Source of the DNA: Nitrospirota bacterium | GTDB lineage: Bacteria > Nitrospirota > UBA9217 | NCBI GenBank assembly: GCA_963840455.1 | Contig: CAWIYV010000009.1 | Span: 64,001-128,000 of the forward strand | Direction of reading: 5' to 3' | Length of the DNA: 64,000 bases | Made by a program: the position numbers and the translations under genes | The notes under the pieces: generated by a model | Database searches by the model: none | Told to the model about the DNA's origin: nothing | The model's input: only the letters and a program-made list of their open reading frames with translations | Part shown: positions 42,016-51,001 of the stretch, piece by piece | Numbering within the stretch: the stretch's first letter is position 1 | Layout: every line of letters starts with the position of its first letter

Positions 42016-43212
42016 ATGGTGATTTCTCCTGCATATCTCAGAAATTCCACGATCACAATATTTTTCATACTCGTCCTTCTCGTGGCCGGTCTTGGAGATG
42101 CAAGAGCTCAATCCTCTGCGCAGCCGGTAACAGATCCGGCCACGACGGACAGCTCGGTCGTGAGCGGGTCGACGAATACCCGAGAGAACCCGTCTTCAGA
42201 TGAAAGAGAACAAGGGGAAGGTAAGACCGGCCCGGTGCCGCGACATGAGGATGAAACCGTAAAGCGGGGAATATTCGGGCCGCAAATTGATCCCTGTGCG
42301 ACCATCAAGGTGGCCGGAGAGACATGGCTGGACCAGACGCATGACCTCGTGGACAGCGGGATCTGTCATCCGGCGGTATGGTTTGATGGCTTCTTCGGCT
42401 GGGACCATATGCTGGAAGAGGTCCGGCCCAACACTTTCGTGAAATGGAGAAATTCCGCGCGGTGGACCGAGGGGAACAATGCCAAATATGTCGGCGATCT
42501 CTATATCCGCTATGAACTGCCTAATGTGCACAGGCTCCTGAAAAGAGCGAGGTTAGTTCTCGAATCGCGGTCTGAAGAAGATAAGTTCAAAACTCAACCA
42601 GGCCAGCCCGTAAGTCCGGGATTCAATCCGGAAACGGGAAACAGGACCGGCTCCATCGCGGTGCAGACGGACCTGTTCAGCTATCTTTATTCCTTGGCCC
42701 GCTTTGATACGGGCATCAAGCTCCATTGGCCCCTTGATCCCTTTGCCCGGTTCCGGTACCAGTACACGAAGCCTTTCGGCGAGGTCTACCTCATACGCTT
42801 CCAACAGATCGCGCTCTTCAGATATATTGAACATTTCTCGGAAACGACACAAATCGACCTTGAACGGACGATCACCAAGTTTACGCTTATCCGTTGGAGC
42901 AATTACGCGACCTATACCGAAGGCACGGCCGGCATTACCTGGAATACCGGCGTCAGCCTCATCACGCAATTGACGCCCAAGAGCGCGATCTCCTATGATG
43001 CGAGCATGTGGGGAGTGAACCATCCCGAGTGGGCCGTTCAGAATTACCGGGCCGGAATATTATATCGAAGAAATTTTTATCGTCCCTGGCTTTTCTTTGA
43101 GTTGGCGCCTGAAATCACCTGGCCGAAAGATGCAAGCCAGGCAGGCTATACGAGCAAAAAGAATTCGGTCTATGCACTCATGGCCACCCTTGAAGTTCAA
43201 TTCGGGCATTAA
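42016..43212 (+). CDS. Hypothetical outer-membrane beta-barrel protein
   Basis: Signal peptide, A.WFD.FFG, amphipathic strands, YRRNFYRPWLFFEL.P, C-terminal LEVQFG. Confidence 0.7.
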   Translation: MVISPAYLRNSTITIFFILVLLVAGLGDARAQSSAQPVTDPATTDSSVVSGSTNTRENPSSDEREQGEGKTGPVPRHEDETVKRGIFGPQIDPCATIKVAGETWLDQTHDLVDSGICHPAVWFDGFFGWDHMLEEVRPNTFVKWRNSARWTEGNNAKYVGDLYIRYELPNVHRLLKRARLVLESRSEEDKFKTQPGQPVSPGFNPETGNRTGSIAVQTDLFSYLYSLARFDTGIKLHWPLDPFARFRYQYTKPFGEVYLIRFQQIALFRYIEHFSETTQIDLERTITKFTLIRWSNYATYTEGTAGITWNTGVSLITQLTPKSAISYDASMWGVNHPEWAVQNYRAGILYRRNFYRPWLFFELAPEITWPKDASQAGYTSKKNSVYALMATLEVQFGH

Positions 43213-43459
43213 CCCCCATGAGCGATAGAGGGGCTTTGTTCACCTAAAACAATGTTCTCTGAGAACGTGATCATTACAAGCGACGAGGTTTCGCGTCTGC
43301 GGGCGGTCTTACCACCACGTCAAACTGCATGGGAGCGATAAAAGAAGGGACCACAAGCGATGCTGAGAAGAGGAAAAGATACAGAAGGGCGGTTTCCAAG
43401 AGCTCTTTTAAGGATTATCGTAAAATACGTGAGTGGATATTATATCGAAAGGAGAATGT

Positions 43460-43864
43460 ATGAAAACGACCGTGGGTATATGGATCGATCATAGGAAGGC
43501 TATTATCGTGGCTATTACGGACAAAGGGGAAGAGACAGGTCTGATAATTTCGAAGGCTGAAAAACAGCTCCGCCGATCCGGCGATTCTCCTCTTAAGGGT
43601 TCCTACGAGCCGCTGCAAGTACCGGAAAGTGACAGCCGCCAAAAAATGCTTACGGGACATCTCAATATTTACTACGACGCGGTAATCGCAAGCATTCGTG
43701 ATGCGGAATCTCTCCTGATATTTGGTCCTGGTGACGCAAAGGACGAGTTGAAAAAACGTCTTAAGCGCAACAAGCTCGGCGGACGAATCGTTGGTATGGA
43801 AACCGCTGACAAGATGACCGATCGTCAGATCGCGGCAAAAGTCCGGAAATACTTTCAGAAATAG
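43460..43864 (+). CDS. eRF1/pelota domain-2-like (host-attachment-like) protein
   Basis: GIWIDHRKA.IV...YYD.VI..I.DA..LLIFGPG.AK.EL...ETADKMTD.QIAAKVR.YF. Confidence 0.6.
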   Translation: MKTTVGIWIDHRKAIIVAITDKGEETGLIISKAEKQLRRSGDSPLKGSYEPLQVPESDSRQKMLTGHLNIYYDAVIASIRDAESLLIFGPGDAKDELKKRLKRNKLGGRIVGMETADKMTDRQIAAKVRKYFQK

Positions 43865-43926
43865 CGTCGGCAAGATTGTAATGGGACCCCAAAAAGACAT
43901 AATACTGAGAAGGAGGAGGGAACAAA

Positions 43927-44157
43927 ATGAAAAAAAGTATACACGATGAGATTGCAAGGATCGCATACGAACTTTATGAAAAAGGAGGCAGAGTGCACGG
44001 GAATGAATTAAAGAATTGGTTCGAGGCGGAAAATATCGTGATGGAAAAGCATGAGCAACATGCAGGCGAACTGGAGAGGAAAGCTGATGCTTTCAAGAAG
44101 CCCCCAGCGGGGCATCGGCGTCATGTTAAAAAAGAAGGGTTTTACAAGAAAGGCTGA
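43927..44157 (+). CDS. DUF2934-domain protein
   Basis: EIARIAYELYEKGGR.HG....W.EAE; RBS AAGGAGGAGG. Confidence 0.85.
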   Translation: MKKSIHDEIARIAYELYEKGGRVHGNELKNWFEAENIVMEKHEQHAGELERKADAFKKPPAGHRRHVKKEGFYKKG

Positions 44158-44331
44158 GGGCTCGCTCATGCGAAGACGCATCTGAAACAGTTGACAAGCG
44201 GACCGATCGTCAGATTGCGGCACAAGTACGGAAGTGCGTTCAGGATCAGCGGTCCGAAGCAGTAACCTGATCGCTCAGGTTCGTAAGCAATTGATCTGAA
44301 AATGGCCTAAAGAAATCATTAAGGAGGAGTC

Positions 44332-44784
44332 ATGATCAAGAAAATACTGGTACCCACTGACGGTTCCAAAACTGCACGGAAAGCACTGAAATACGCGGTA
44401 GATCTCGCAAAACAGGCAGGATCGTCCATTGTCGTGCTGAGTGTGATAGATAAAAGTCCTTTTTATGGCGCACAGACCATGCCCTCTGCATCAAGCCCGA
44501 CCCATCTGCTGGAAAATCTGGAAGATTACCTCAGACAGACTGCCGTAGCCTATGTTGCAGAGGCTGAAGAACTCTGCAGGTCGAAAGGAGTTAAGTCACG
44601 AAAGATGGTCAGGGCGGGACATCCGGTCGAAGAGATCATAAAGGCAGCAGAGGACTCGAAAGTCGACCTCATCGTAGTGGGCTCTCACGGAAAGAGTGCA
44701 TTCGGCGCTGCACTTCTGGGCAGTGTAGCAATCGGATTAATACACAGGGAGGCAAAATATCCTGTTCTCGTAGTGAGACGATAA
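44332..44784 (+). CDS. Universal stress protein (UspA family)
   Basis: KKILVPTDGS, GHP.EEI, DLIVVGSHG, LLGSVA, PVLVVR. Confidence 0.92.
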   Translation: MIKKILVPTDGSKTARKALKYAVDLAKQAGSSIVVLSVIDKSPFYGAQTMPSASSPTHLLENLEDYLRQTAVAYVAEAEELCRSKGVKSRKMVRAGHPVEEIIKAAEDSKVDLIVVGSHGKSAFGAALLGSVAIGLIHREAKYPVLVVRR

Positions 44785-44888
44785 AGCGAAATTCAGGGAC
44801 TTTAACCAACCGGGAGAGAGGGCTATGCTATGGCATATAAGCGTAGGAAGGGCATAGAGGAAGATAGAGGAAATTAACTCAGATGAAC

Positions 44889-45030
44889 CGGCAGCGGGCA
44901 GAACGGGGAGTTCAGGAAAGGCGTACGCTGGCCAATGCCGCGCTTTGAATCAGAGGACGATACTGTGCTCGATCGTCTTACCGACCTCGTTTGGACCATG
45001 AATGCAAACCTTGGCGAATTCCCCATGGAA
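44889..45030 (+). pseudogene. DUF1566 protein relic (paralog of 28038-29069)
   Basis: GSGQNGEFRKGVRWPMPRFESEDDTVLDRLTDLVWTMNANLGEFPM compared with GSGQDAELKRGVSWPAPRFEVLDGAVLDRLTGLVWTRNANMAEFPL. Confidence 0.75.
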
Positions 45031-45150
45031 AACTCGGGTGCCTTGGTGCCTGCGCTGGGTTATCTTCTGGCAGAGGGGCGCACGCTCCGTCACAACATCC
45101 CCTATTTGTGCTCATAACAGAGATAGGGTCAGAGAGAATCTCCCCATTCT

Positions 45151-45780
45151 ATGGAAATCCGATACCTTCTCAAGGGGCTGATCGTCGGTTTTGTGATTGC
45201 CGTACCGATTGGGCCCATCGGCATACTCTGCGCTCGGCGCACACTGACGCAGGGCCGAATGGCGGGTTTTGTGTCCGGTATGGGCGCGGCCACGGCTGAT
45301 GTGTTCTACGGTTTTATCGCTGCGTTCGGTCTTGCCTTCATATCGGACATGCTCCTCAGCTACCAATTCTGGCTCAGGCTGGCGGGCGGAGCGTTTCTGT
45401 GTTTTCTCGGCATCAGAACGTTCATTGAAAAACCGGAGATAAAAAGCTTATTTTCAATGCTCAGGAAGAAGAAGCGGCATGCCGGAATGTTTACCTCCAC
45501 TTTTTTCCTGACGCTAATGAATCCCATGACCATTTTTTCCTTAGCCGCGGTCTTTGCCGGGCTCGGGCTTGCCGGCACAAAGGGAGACATTCTTTCAGCG
45601 TTCATACTGGTCCTGGGCGTGTTTTTGGGCTCGGTTCTCTGGTGGCTGCTGCTATTCGGAGTGTTCAGTGTCTTCAAGAGACGATTCAATCGTCATGAAA
45701 TGCAGTGGATAAACAGGATCGCGGGCATGATCATCATGGGTTTCGGGTTGCTCGCGTTCGCCAGCCTGTTAGTTCCGTAG
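45151..45780 (+). CDS. LysE-family translocator
   Basis: G...GF.IA.PIGP.G.LC..RTL..G...GF.SG.GAA.AD, TL.NPMTI. Confidence 0.9.
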   Translation: MEIRYLLKGLIVGFVIAVPIGPIGILCARRTLTQGRMAGFVSGMGAATADVFYGFIAAFGLAFISDMLLSYQFWLRLAGGAFLCFLGIRTFIEKPEIKSLFSMLRKKKRHAGMFTSTFFLTLMNPMTIFSLAAVFAGLGLAGTKGDILSAFILVLGVFLGSVLWWLLLFGVFSVFKRRFNRHEMQWINRIAGMIIMGFGLLAFASLLVP

Positions 45781-45917
45781 CCGATCATCTCTATTCTCAT
45801 CTCATAAATACCCGATCGATCTTATTGTCGGCCCAGCTCCGACGGAACATACTCACCTGGTCATATGCTGGAGAGGAAAGTCCGGATGCCATGAATGACA
45901 GTGACGGAAAATCTCCG

Positions 45918-45965
45918 GACCCAGGCGCGAGAACATTTCCCCAGCCTGCCGCAGGGAGCGTCAAT
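45918..45965 (+). repeat. Dispersed palindromic element, copy 4 (degenerate)
   Basis: GACCCAGGCGCGAGAACATTTCCCCAGCCTGCCGCAGGGAGCGTCAAT. Confidence 0.55.
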
Positions 45966-46138
45966 GTTAACGAATGAGATTTTCACCAATTACCGGATAG
46001 CAGTGGGACGATTGCGCGGCAGGAGGGACGGAGACTCATGCAACGTAAGGAACAACGTCCTCAAATTGGCCAACCGGGTGCTCCTGGAGGTTCCTTGCAT
46101 TGGCAAAAGCTTCGTCCAAAAGTGTTCGGAGTTTGGTG

Positions 46139-47509
46139 TTATTCAAGATTATCAAACGTGGCCGGTACGATGTTTGAAAGCGCAGGGAATATATGCATGC
46201 ATCCGGTTATGGATTTAACATCGGTTTTGTTGATCATTGCATTGACAACTTCCTGAATGAGCATTGCAGCATGAGGGCCGATGATATGAAAACCGAGGAC
46301 CCTCCGGGAGCCCTTTTCGACAACGGCCTTTGCAAAACCTTTACGCTCCATCATTGCCTCTCCCATCACGGTATCGGAATATAAGGTACGACCCACGAGG
46401 ATCTCGTGATGTTGCCGGGCCTGCTGCTCTGTCAGGCCCACCGATGCTATCTGCGGATGTGTATAGACCGCATAGGGGACGGACTCAAAATCCATCCTGA
46501 TCTTTTTCCTATGTCTGGCATTATGCCATGCCAGTTCAGCCTCCTTGTCTCCGGCGTGAGTGAACATTTTTCTGCCGATGGCATCGCCCAGCGCCCAGAT
46601 ATGCTTTTTGTTCGTCCGGAGATACTGGTCAACTTCTATGAAATTGGCATTGTCCATCTCTATTCCGGCATGTTCCAGCTTCAGCAGGTCGGCGTTGGAT
46701 TTTCTGCCGGCGTTGATCATCAGCTTCGCTGCAGCGATCCTTTTTACTCTGCCGGTCCTGATGTCCTTTACCAGCGCGGTATACCCATTGCTGCCCTGTT
46801 TTACCTCCATCGTCTCGACACCCATATGCAGTTCGATGCGTTTCTCCAATTCCTGTGTTAATAGTTTGGAGATCTCCGGTTCAGCAAAAGGCAAAAGCGC
46901 CGGACCTCTATCAATGACCTTGACCTTCACACCAAGAGCCGAGAAGAAATGCGCATATTCAAGTGATATGAATCCGCCTCCGATCAAGATGATGCTGTCG
47001 GGCTTCCGTGCGAGTCCCAGGACGCTTTCATTGGTCAGGAACGGATACTTTTCAAGTCCCTTGATCCGGGGAATCAATGGTCGTGCCCCGGTGGCTATGA
47101 ACAGCTTCTTTCCTCTGATCTTTTGATCACCGGCTTCAAGGGTATGTTCGTCTATGAAATGGCACTCTTTGTTTATGAAATCGAGATTCTCAGACTCCTT
47201 GATCGCCTTTTGTATGGAGCTTCTGCCTCGGGTGACAACACTTCTCATCCGCTCCATGAGCGCTCTGAAGTTAATATCGATTTTTCCCGAACGGATGCCG
47301 AGCTTTGTATTTTCTTGTGCCTCGATCATTCTGTCAGCGGTATAGATAAGCGTTTTGGAGGGGACACAACCGCTGTTAACGCAGGTTCCGCCTGGATGTC
47401 CCTTATCGACAAGAGCAACGTTCAGGCCTCTTGCAACAGCTTTAAACGCAACCGCCAGGCCGACATCACCTGCTCCAACGACGATAATATCATATGTTTT
47501 CATGACCAC
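46139..47509 (-). CDS. Class I pyridine nucleotide-disulfide oxidoreductase (dihydrolipoamide dehydrogenase / mycothione reductase-like)
   Basis: GAG FAD motif, GGTCVNSGCVPSK redox disulfide, GGGFI NAD(P) motif, GD; C-terminal HIFPAL. Confidence 0.88.
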   Translation of the reverse strand: MVMKTYDIIVVGAGDVGLAVAFKAVARGLNVALVDKGHPGGTCVNSGCVPSKTLIYTADRMIEAQENTKLGIRSGKIDINFRALMERMRSVVTRGRSSIQKAIKESENLDFINKECHFIDEHTLEAGDQKIRGKKLFIATGARPLIPRIKGLEKYPFLTNESVLGLARKPDSIILIGGGFISLEYAHFFSALGVKVKVIDRGPALLPFAEPEISKLLTQELEKRIELHMGVETMEVKQGSNGYTALVKDIRTGRVKRIAAAKLMINAGRKSNADLLKLEHAGIEMDNANFIEVDQYLRTNKKHIWALGDAIGRKMFTHAGDKEAELAWHNARHRKKIRMDFESVPYAVYTHPQIASVGLTEQQARQHHEILVGRTLYSDTVMGEAMMERKGFAKAVVEKGSRRVLGFHIIGPHAAMLIQEVVNAMINKTDVKSITGCMHIFPALSNIVPATFDNLE

Positions 47510-47536
47510 AACCCTTCACCGCAGAGGCAGGTGTCT

Positions 47537-48079
47537 TTATTCCGGTGCAAGATCAGCTTCCAGATCGATAAAAAGCTGGACGTCCCTGCCAACCATGATG
47601 CCGTTGTTTTCCATTGGCTGATTCCACATGATCCCATAGTCTTCACGGTTTATCATGGCCGATACGGTAAAGCCCATGCTTGATCCGTCGCCAAAGGGGT
47701 CTTTTACCGGTCCTGAAAATTCAACCGAGACAGTTACCTGACGTGTTATGCCATGTATGGTCAGGTCGCCGGTCACCTGTGCCTTGTTGCCGTTCACTGA
47801 ATGTATCTGCGTAGAGGTGAACGAGATGGCGGGATACCTGTCGATATCAAAAAAATCAGGGCTTTTCAGGTGGTCGTCACGTTTCTGGACCCCTGTAAAA
47901 ATGCTTGAGGCATCGATGGACAGTTCTATTGATGAGCTCGTAATGTTCAGAGGATCAAAATAAACAGTCCCTCTAATATTGCTGAACTGGCCCCGAACAT
48001 GCGCAATCATCATGTGGCGGACAGAAAATACTGCTCCTGAGTGATCAGGATCTATGATCCATTTGGCCATTTTACCCAT
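47537..48079 (-). CDS. YceI-family protein
   Basis: W.IDPDHS...FSVRHMM...VRGQF, RD.HL.S.DFF, GDLTIHG.T. Confidence 0.92.
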   Translation of the reverse strand: MGKMAKWIIDPDHSGAVFSVRHMMIAHVRGQFSNIRGTVYFDPLNITSSSIELSIDASSIFTGVQKRDDHLKSPDFFDIDRYPAISFTSTQIHSVNGNKAQVTGDLTIHGITRQVTVSVEFSGPVKDPFGDGSSMGFTVSAMINREDYGIMWNQPMENNGIMVGRDVQLFIDLEADLAPE

Positions 48080-48094
48080 CCTTTTTCAATGGCA

Positions 48095-49141
48095 TCAAAT
48101 AGGCAGAAAACACTGCGGATCCTCGGCCAGGTAATTCGTTATGCCGTGAGAACGTGAAAATTCATACGCTATTGCCCTGCAGCCTCTGCATGCCGACCAT
48201 CTATTACAGGTGCCGCATTTACCATCATAACGAGACCTGTCTCTCAATGAGTTCAAGACCTCTGATGTTGACCATATCTCCCTCAGGGAATCTGTTCTGA
48301 CATTACCGATGGGAACAGGAAGTCTTCTGCAGGGAGTTACTGTTCCGTCGGGCAGGATCGTTAACCCCGAGACGCCTGCCGCGCATCCGCCGGTAGGAAA
48401 GGAGCTCGTATCATCTTCGCCCGCCGGCCTTCTGAACTGTGACGCGACGGGATCGCCCGTGACGATCTTCAGGCTGCCCGTATTCAGCGAAAATATTTTG
48501 CTGTACAGATCCTCCAGCACCTCTTTCGTCAGCATTCTGTCCAACAACGTTCTCCCGCTTCCCGACGGAACCAGCCTTGAAAAACCCAGCTTCTGCACGC
48601 CCATCGAAGAAGCGAGGGCTATAACGTCCAAAAAAAATGAAGCATTTATGTCGGAAAGCGTTGTATTCAAGGCCACTTCTATGCCAGCGTCAAGGAGGCA
48701 TTGTATCCCGGAAAGGGAACGCTTCAGGTTTCCTTTGCCCCGTATTGCGTCATGGATGCCTTCCGGGCCCTCAATGCTTACCTGGACCCCTTTCACTCCC
48801 AATTGGGCAAGTAGTTCGGCGGTATCCCTGCGAATGAGCGTTCCGTTGGAAAGCAGGTAAGCGTCAAATCTATTCTTGGTGAGTTCTTCCAGTATCTGAA
48901 AAATATCCTGTCTCAGGAGTGGTTCACCGCCGGTGATGTTGAAACTGGAAGAAAAAGTAACATCATAGGCCGCTGACCATTCCCCGAGCATATCAGCAAC
49001 TTCACGGATGACACTTCGGATCCCGGTTAAAGACTGCTCATCCGAGCTATTTCCGGATTGATAGCAGTGCGTACATCTGAGGTTGCATCTTTCCGTAAGA
49101 TGCAACTGAATGAAAAATTCCAGGGGATTGTTTATTGACAT
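48095..49141 (-). CDS. Radical SAM/SPASM domain peptide-maturase-like protein
   Basis: CNLRCTHC, TGGEP, SNG; SPASM domain CAAG...PDG.VTPC...CGTC...CRGCRA...DPQC. Confidence 0.9.
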   Translation of the reverse strand: MSINNPLEFFIQLHLTERCNLRCTHCYQSGNSSDEQSLTGIRSVIREVADMLGEWSAAYDVTFSSSFNITGGEPLLRQDIFQILEELTKNRFDAYLLSNGTLIRRDTAELLAQLGVKGVQVSIEGPEGIHDAIRGKGNLKRSLSGIQCLLDAGIEVALNTTLSDINASFFLDVIALASSMGVQKLGFSRLVPSGSGRTLLDRMLTKEVLEDLYSKIFSLNTGSLKIVTGDPVASQFRRPAGEDDTSSFPTGGCAAGVSGLTILPDGTVTPCRRLPVPIGNVRTDSLREIWSTSEVLNSLRDRSRYDGKCGTCNRWSACRGCRAIAYEFSRSHGITNYLAEDPQCFLPI

Positions 49142-49207
49142 TCGGCTTTCTCTGATCTGATTTCAGGATTAACCACGTACCTTATTGCCCCGCAGTATAG
49201 AAAGAAC

Positions 49208-49262
49208 AGGCAGATATGATGATCATACCGATATCACCGGTAGGTGTCATGCATATCTGCCT
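49208..49262 (-). promoter_or_regulatory. Long stem-loop between precursor and maturase genes (attenuator / mRNA stabiliser)
   Basis: Perfect 11-bp outer stem AGGCAGATATG...CATATCTGCCT plus an imperfect inner stem. Confidence 0.6.
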
Positions 49263-49267
49263 TTTTC

Positions 49268-49284
49268 GCTGCCGAACCGGCAAC
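49268..49284 (-). promoter_or_regulatory. SECIS-like hairpin
   Basis: GUUGCCG-GUU-CGGCAGC; the G-initial loop lies 16 nt after the second UGA and 25 nt after the first. Confidence 0.6.
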
Positions 49285-49407
49285 TTAGCTCTTTCAGCCC
49301 TTTCACTTGTGACATGTCATCCCAGGATGATCTTTTGCAGACTTTTTGAGATTATCCCAGAAAGCAGCCTCTTTCGCGAGGGCTTTTGCCGACAATGTCT
49401 TCTTCAT
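49285..49407 (-). CDS. Putative selenocysteine-containing RiPP precursor peptide (40 aa, two in-frame UGA)
   Basis: RBS AAGGAGGTG; MKKTLSAKALAKEAAFWDNLKKSAKDHPGMTCHK-TGA(49303-05)-KG-TGA(49294-96)-KS-TAA; adjacent to rSAM/SPASM. Confidence 0.7.
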
Positions 49408-49448
49408 CCTTTTTCACCTCCTTTCCGTCCCTAAGATCGCCCATACAG

Positions 49449-49475
49449 ATAGATGGTATCTATATTATTATAGCA
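49449..49475 (-). promoter_or_regulatory. Extended -10 promoter and nearby inverted repeat upstream of the precursor gene
   Basis: TGCTATAAT on the minus strand (49467-49475); ATAGAT-GGT-ATCTAT palindrome (49449-49463). Confidence 0.45.
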
Positions 49476-49537
49476 TGGCTGTTTTTTGCCGTTTATCAAA
49501 TGCCTGGATGTGCCGGCCATCTTGACGCAACCGTGCA

Positions 49538-50722
49538 TTATTCTGCATTTGGATCAGGGAAATATCTCAGGGAATAGAGGATCTGCAGGATACTGAGACC
49601 GGTCAGGATCCCCAGGACCGCGATCCCGGATAGGGTGAACGCGAGGAACCCTGTCGCCATGGTAAGCACAGCCAGCCCATACTGCGGCAGAACAAAGCGT
49701 AGCGCCGCATCAGGCGGTTTGCCAGGGTATGAGGAGAGGAAGATCGTATTCAGCGAGAACATGCTGACTCCTGCAGAGGCGCTGAGAATGAAGGCCTCCT
49801 GGGCAGGCATCATCGCGGAAGGCGCCAGCACGATCACCCGCTTGACCCCGACAGCAAGGGAAGCGATGCCCATGGTCAGCGGCAAGTGTGAATAAAGCCA
49901 TTGCTGATATGCCCTCACGTGATTCTTTGAGGTCAACTGTCTCGTTCCCGCCCCCCTGACTCCTTCAAAGTATCCCCACCAAAGGGTAAAAGCGATGACC
50001 AGTCCCATGACGCCTGCAGAACCTGCCGCGAACGTCAGTTGGCCCGCCCCGACCCCCAGGACAACGCTGACCACGGCCTCCCCGATGACGATGATGGTTA
50101 AGAGGCCGAAACGCTCGGGGAGGTGCATGAGATGGGGAGGGAACTTGGCATGGAGCTGTCCGGCGGTGAGAGGGGCAAGAAAATCGATGATGATCGCAAC
50201 GTACCAGATAATGAAGCGGTGCGGCATCGGTATAAACGTTGAGACGACCCATAATGCAGCCGCACTCCCGAAGCCCAGCATATAACGGTTTACGATTGGA
50301 CGAACATGCGGTATGTGCCGTCCGGCACGAAAGTATTCGGCTACCAGCATGAAGCGGACCGCTGCATACGACAGGGCGAAACCAATGGAACCATTTCCCA
50401 GGGCATTGGGCACATGCACGATGAGTGACGCCACCGCCACGATCTGTGCCATCGTGAGAAGCCTGTGACCAATATCATCAGAATCAAAACGGGTCAAGTA
50501 AAAGGTCTGGCCGACCCAGGCCCACCAGACAGGCACGAAGAGAACGGTGAAATGCAGCAGTCCTGTCAGTGAGTAGTCTCTATTGAGGTTTCCGGCCAGC
50601 TGGGATATAGCTGCAACAAAGACAAGGTCATACAAGAGCTCCAGCCATGTCGCATGCCGCTCCCGTTCCTCAGCGGCATCGGTCCTGAGCCTCGGCGGTT
50701 TGATCAGTCCTTTCTTGAGCAT
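49538..50722 (-). CDS. ltrA: Low temperature requirement protein A family
   Basis: ATWLEL.YDLVFV, WWAW, H..ERFGL.TIIV.GE, LWW.YF. Confidence 0.88.
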   Translation of the reverse strand: MLKKGLIKPPRLRTDAAEERERHATWLELLYDLVFVAAISQLAGNLNRDYSLTGLLHFTVLFVPVWWAWVGQTFYLTRFDSDDIGHRLLTMAQIVAVASLIVHVPNALGNGSIGFALSYAAVRFMLVAEYFRAGRHIPHVRPIVNRYMLGFGSAAALWVVSTFIPMPHRFIIWYVAIIIDFLAPLTAGQLHAKFPPHLMHLPERFGLLTIIVIGEAVVSVVLGVGAGQLTFAAGSAGVMGLVIAFTLWWGYFEGVRGAGTRQLTSKNHVRAYQQWLYSHLPLTMGIASLAVGVKRVIVLAPSAMMPAQEAFILSASAGVSMFSLNTIFLSSYPGKPPDAALRFVLPQYGLAVLTMATGFLAFTLSGIAVLGILTGLSILQILYSLRYFPDPNAE

Positions 50723-50776
50723 GACCTTGGATATCTCCTGACTGTGTATAGAGTGTTTCGCCAGTTATTCCCATCG

Positions 50777-51001
50777 TTATTCAGCTTTTCGTTCGCCCCC
50801 TTTCTCTTCTTCACTGTAAAGTATACGGGACTCTCCGGTCTTTGTGTTCACCTCGACGCAGTATTCGACCTATTTCCCGTTCAGGTAGATCTTTGACCGC
50901 ACGTACTTCGTCGTTTCGCATTGGGGACAGAATTCCACGTTTCCGCAGTGCTGAATATCCCGTTGTTCCAGCTTGCTGCCGCATTTCGCGCATGTGTTCA
51001 T
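50777..51001 (-). pseudogene. Small zinc-ribbon protein, possibly split by an in-frame TAG at 50870-50872
   Basis: MNTCAKCG...FCPQC...IYLNGK*VEYCVEVNTKTGESRILYSEEEKGGERKAE; RBS GGAG. Confidence 0.45.

Noticed and set aside
46139-47509. Mercuric reductase MerA
   Set aside because: No NmerA domain, no C-terminal Cys-Cys pair and no mer genes nearby
15296-50872. Two in-frame TAGs as evidence for pyrrolysine or genome recoding
   Set aside because: TAG ends many ordinary genes here and frameshift pseudogenes are also common, so decay explains both
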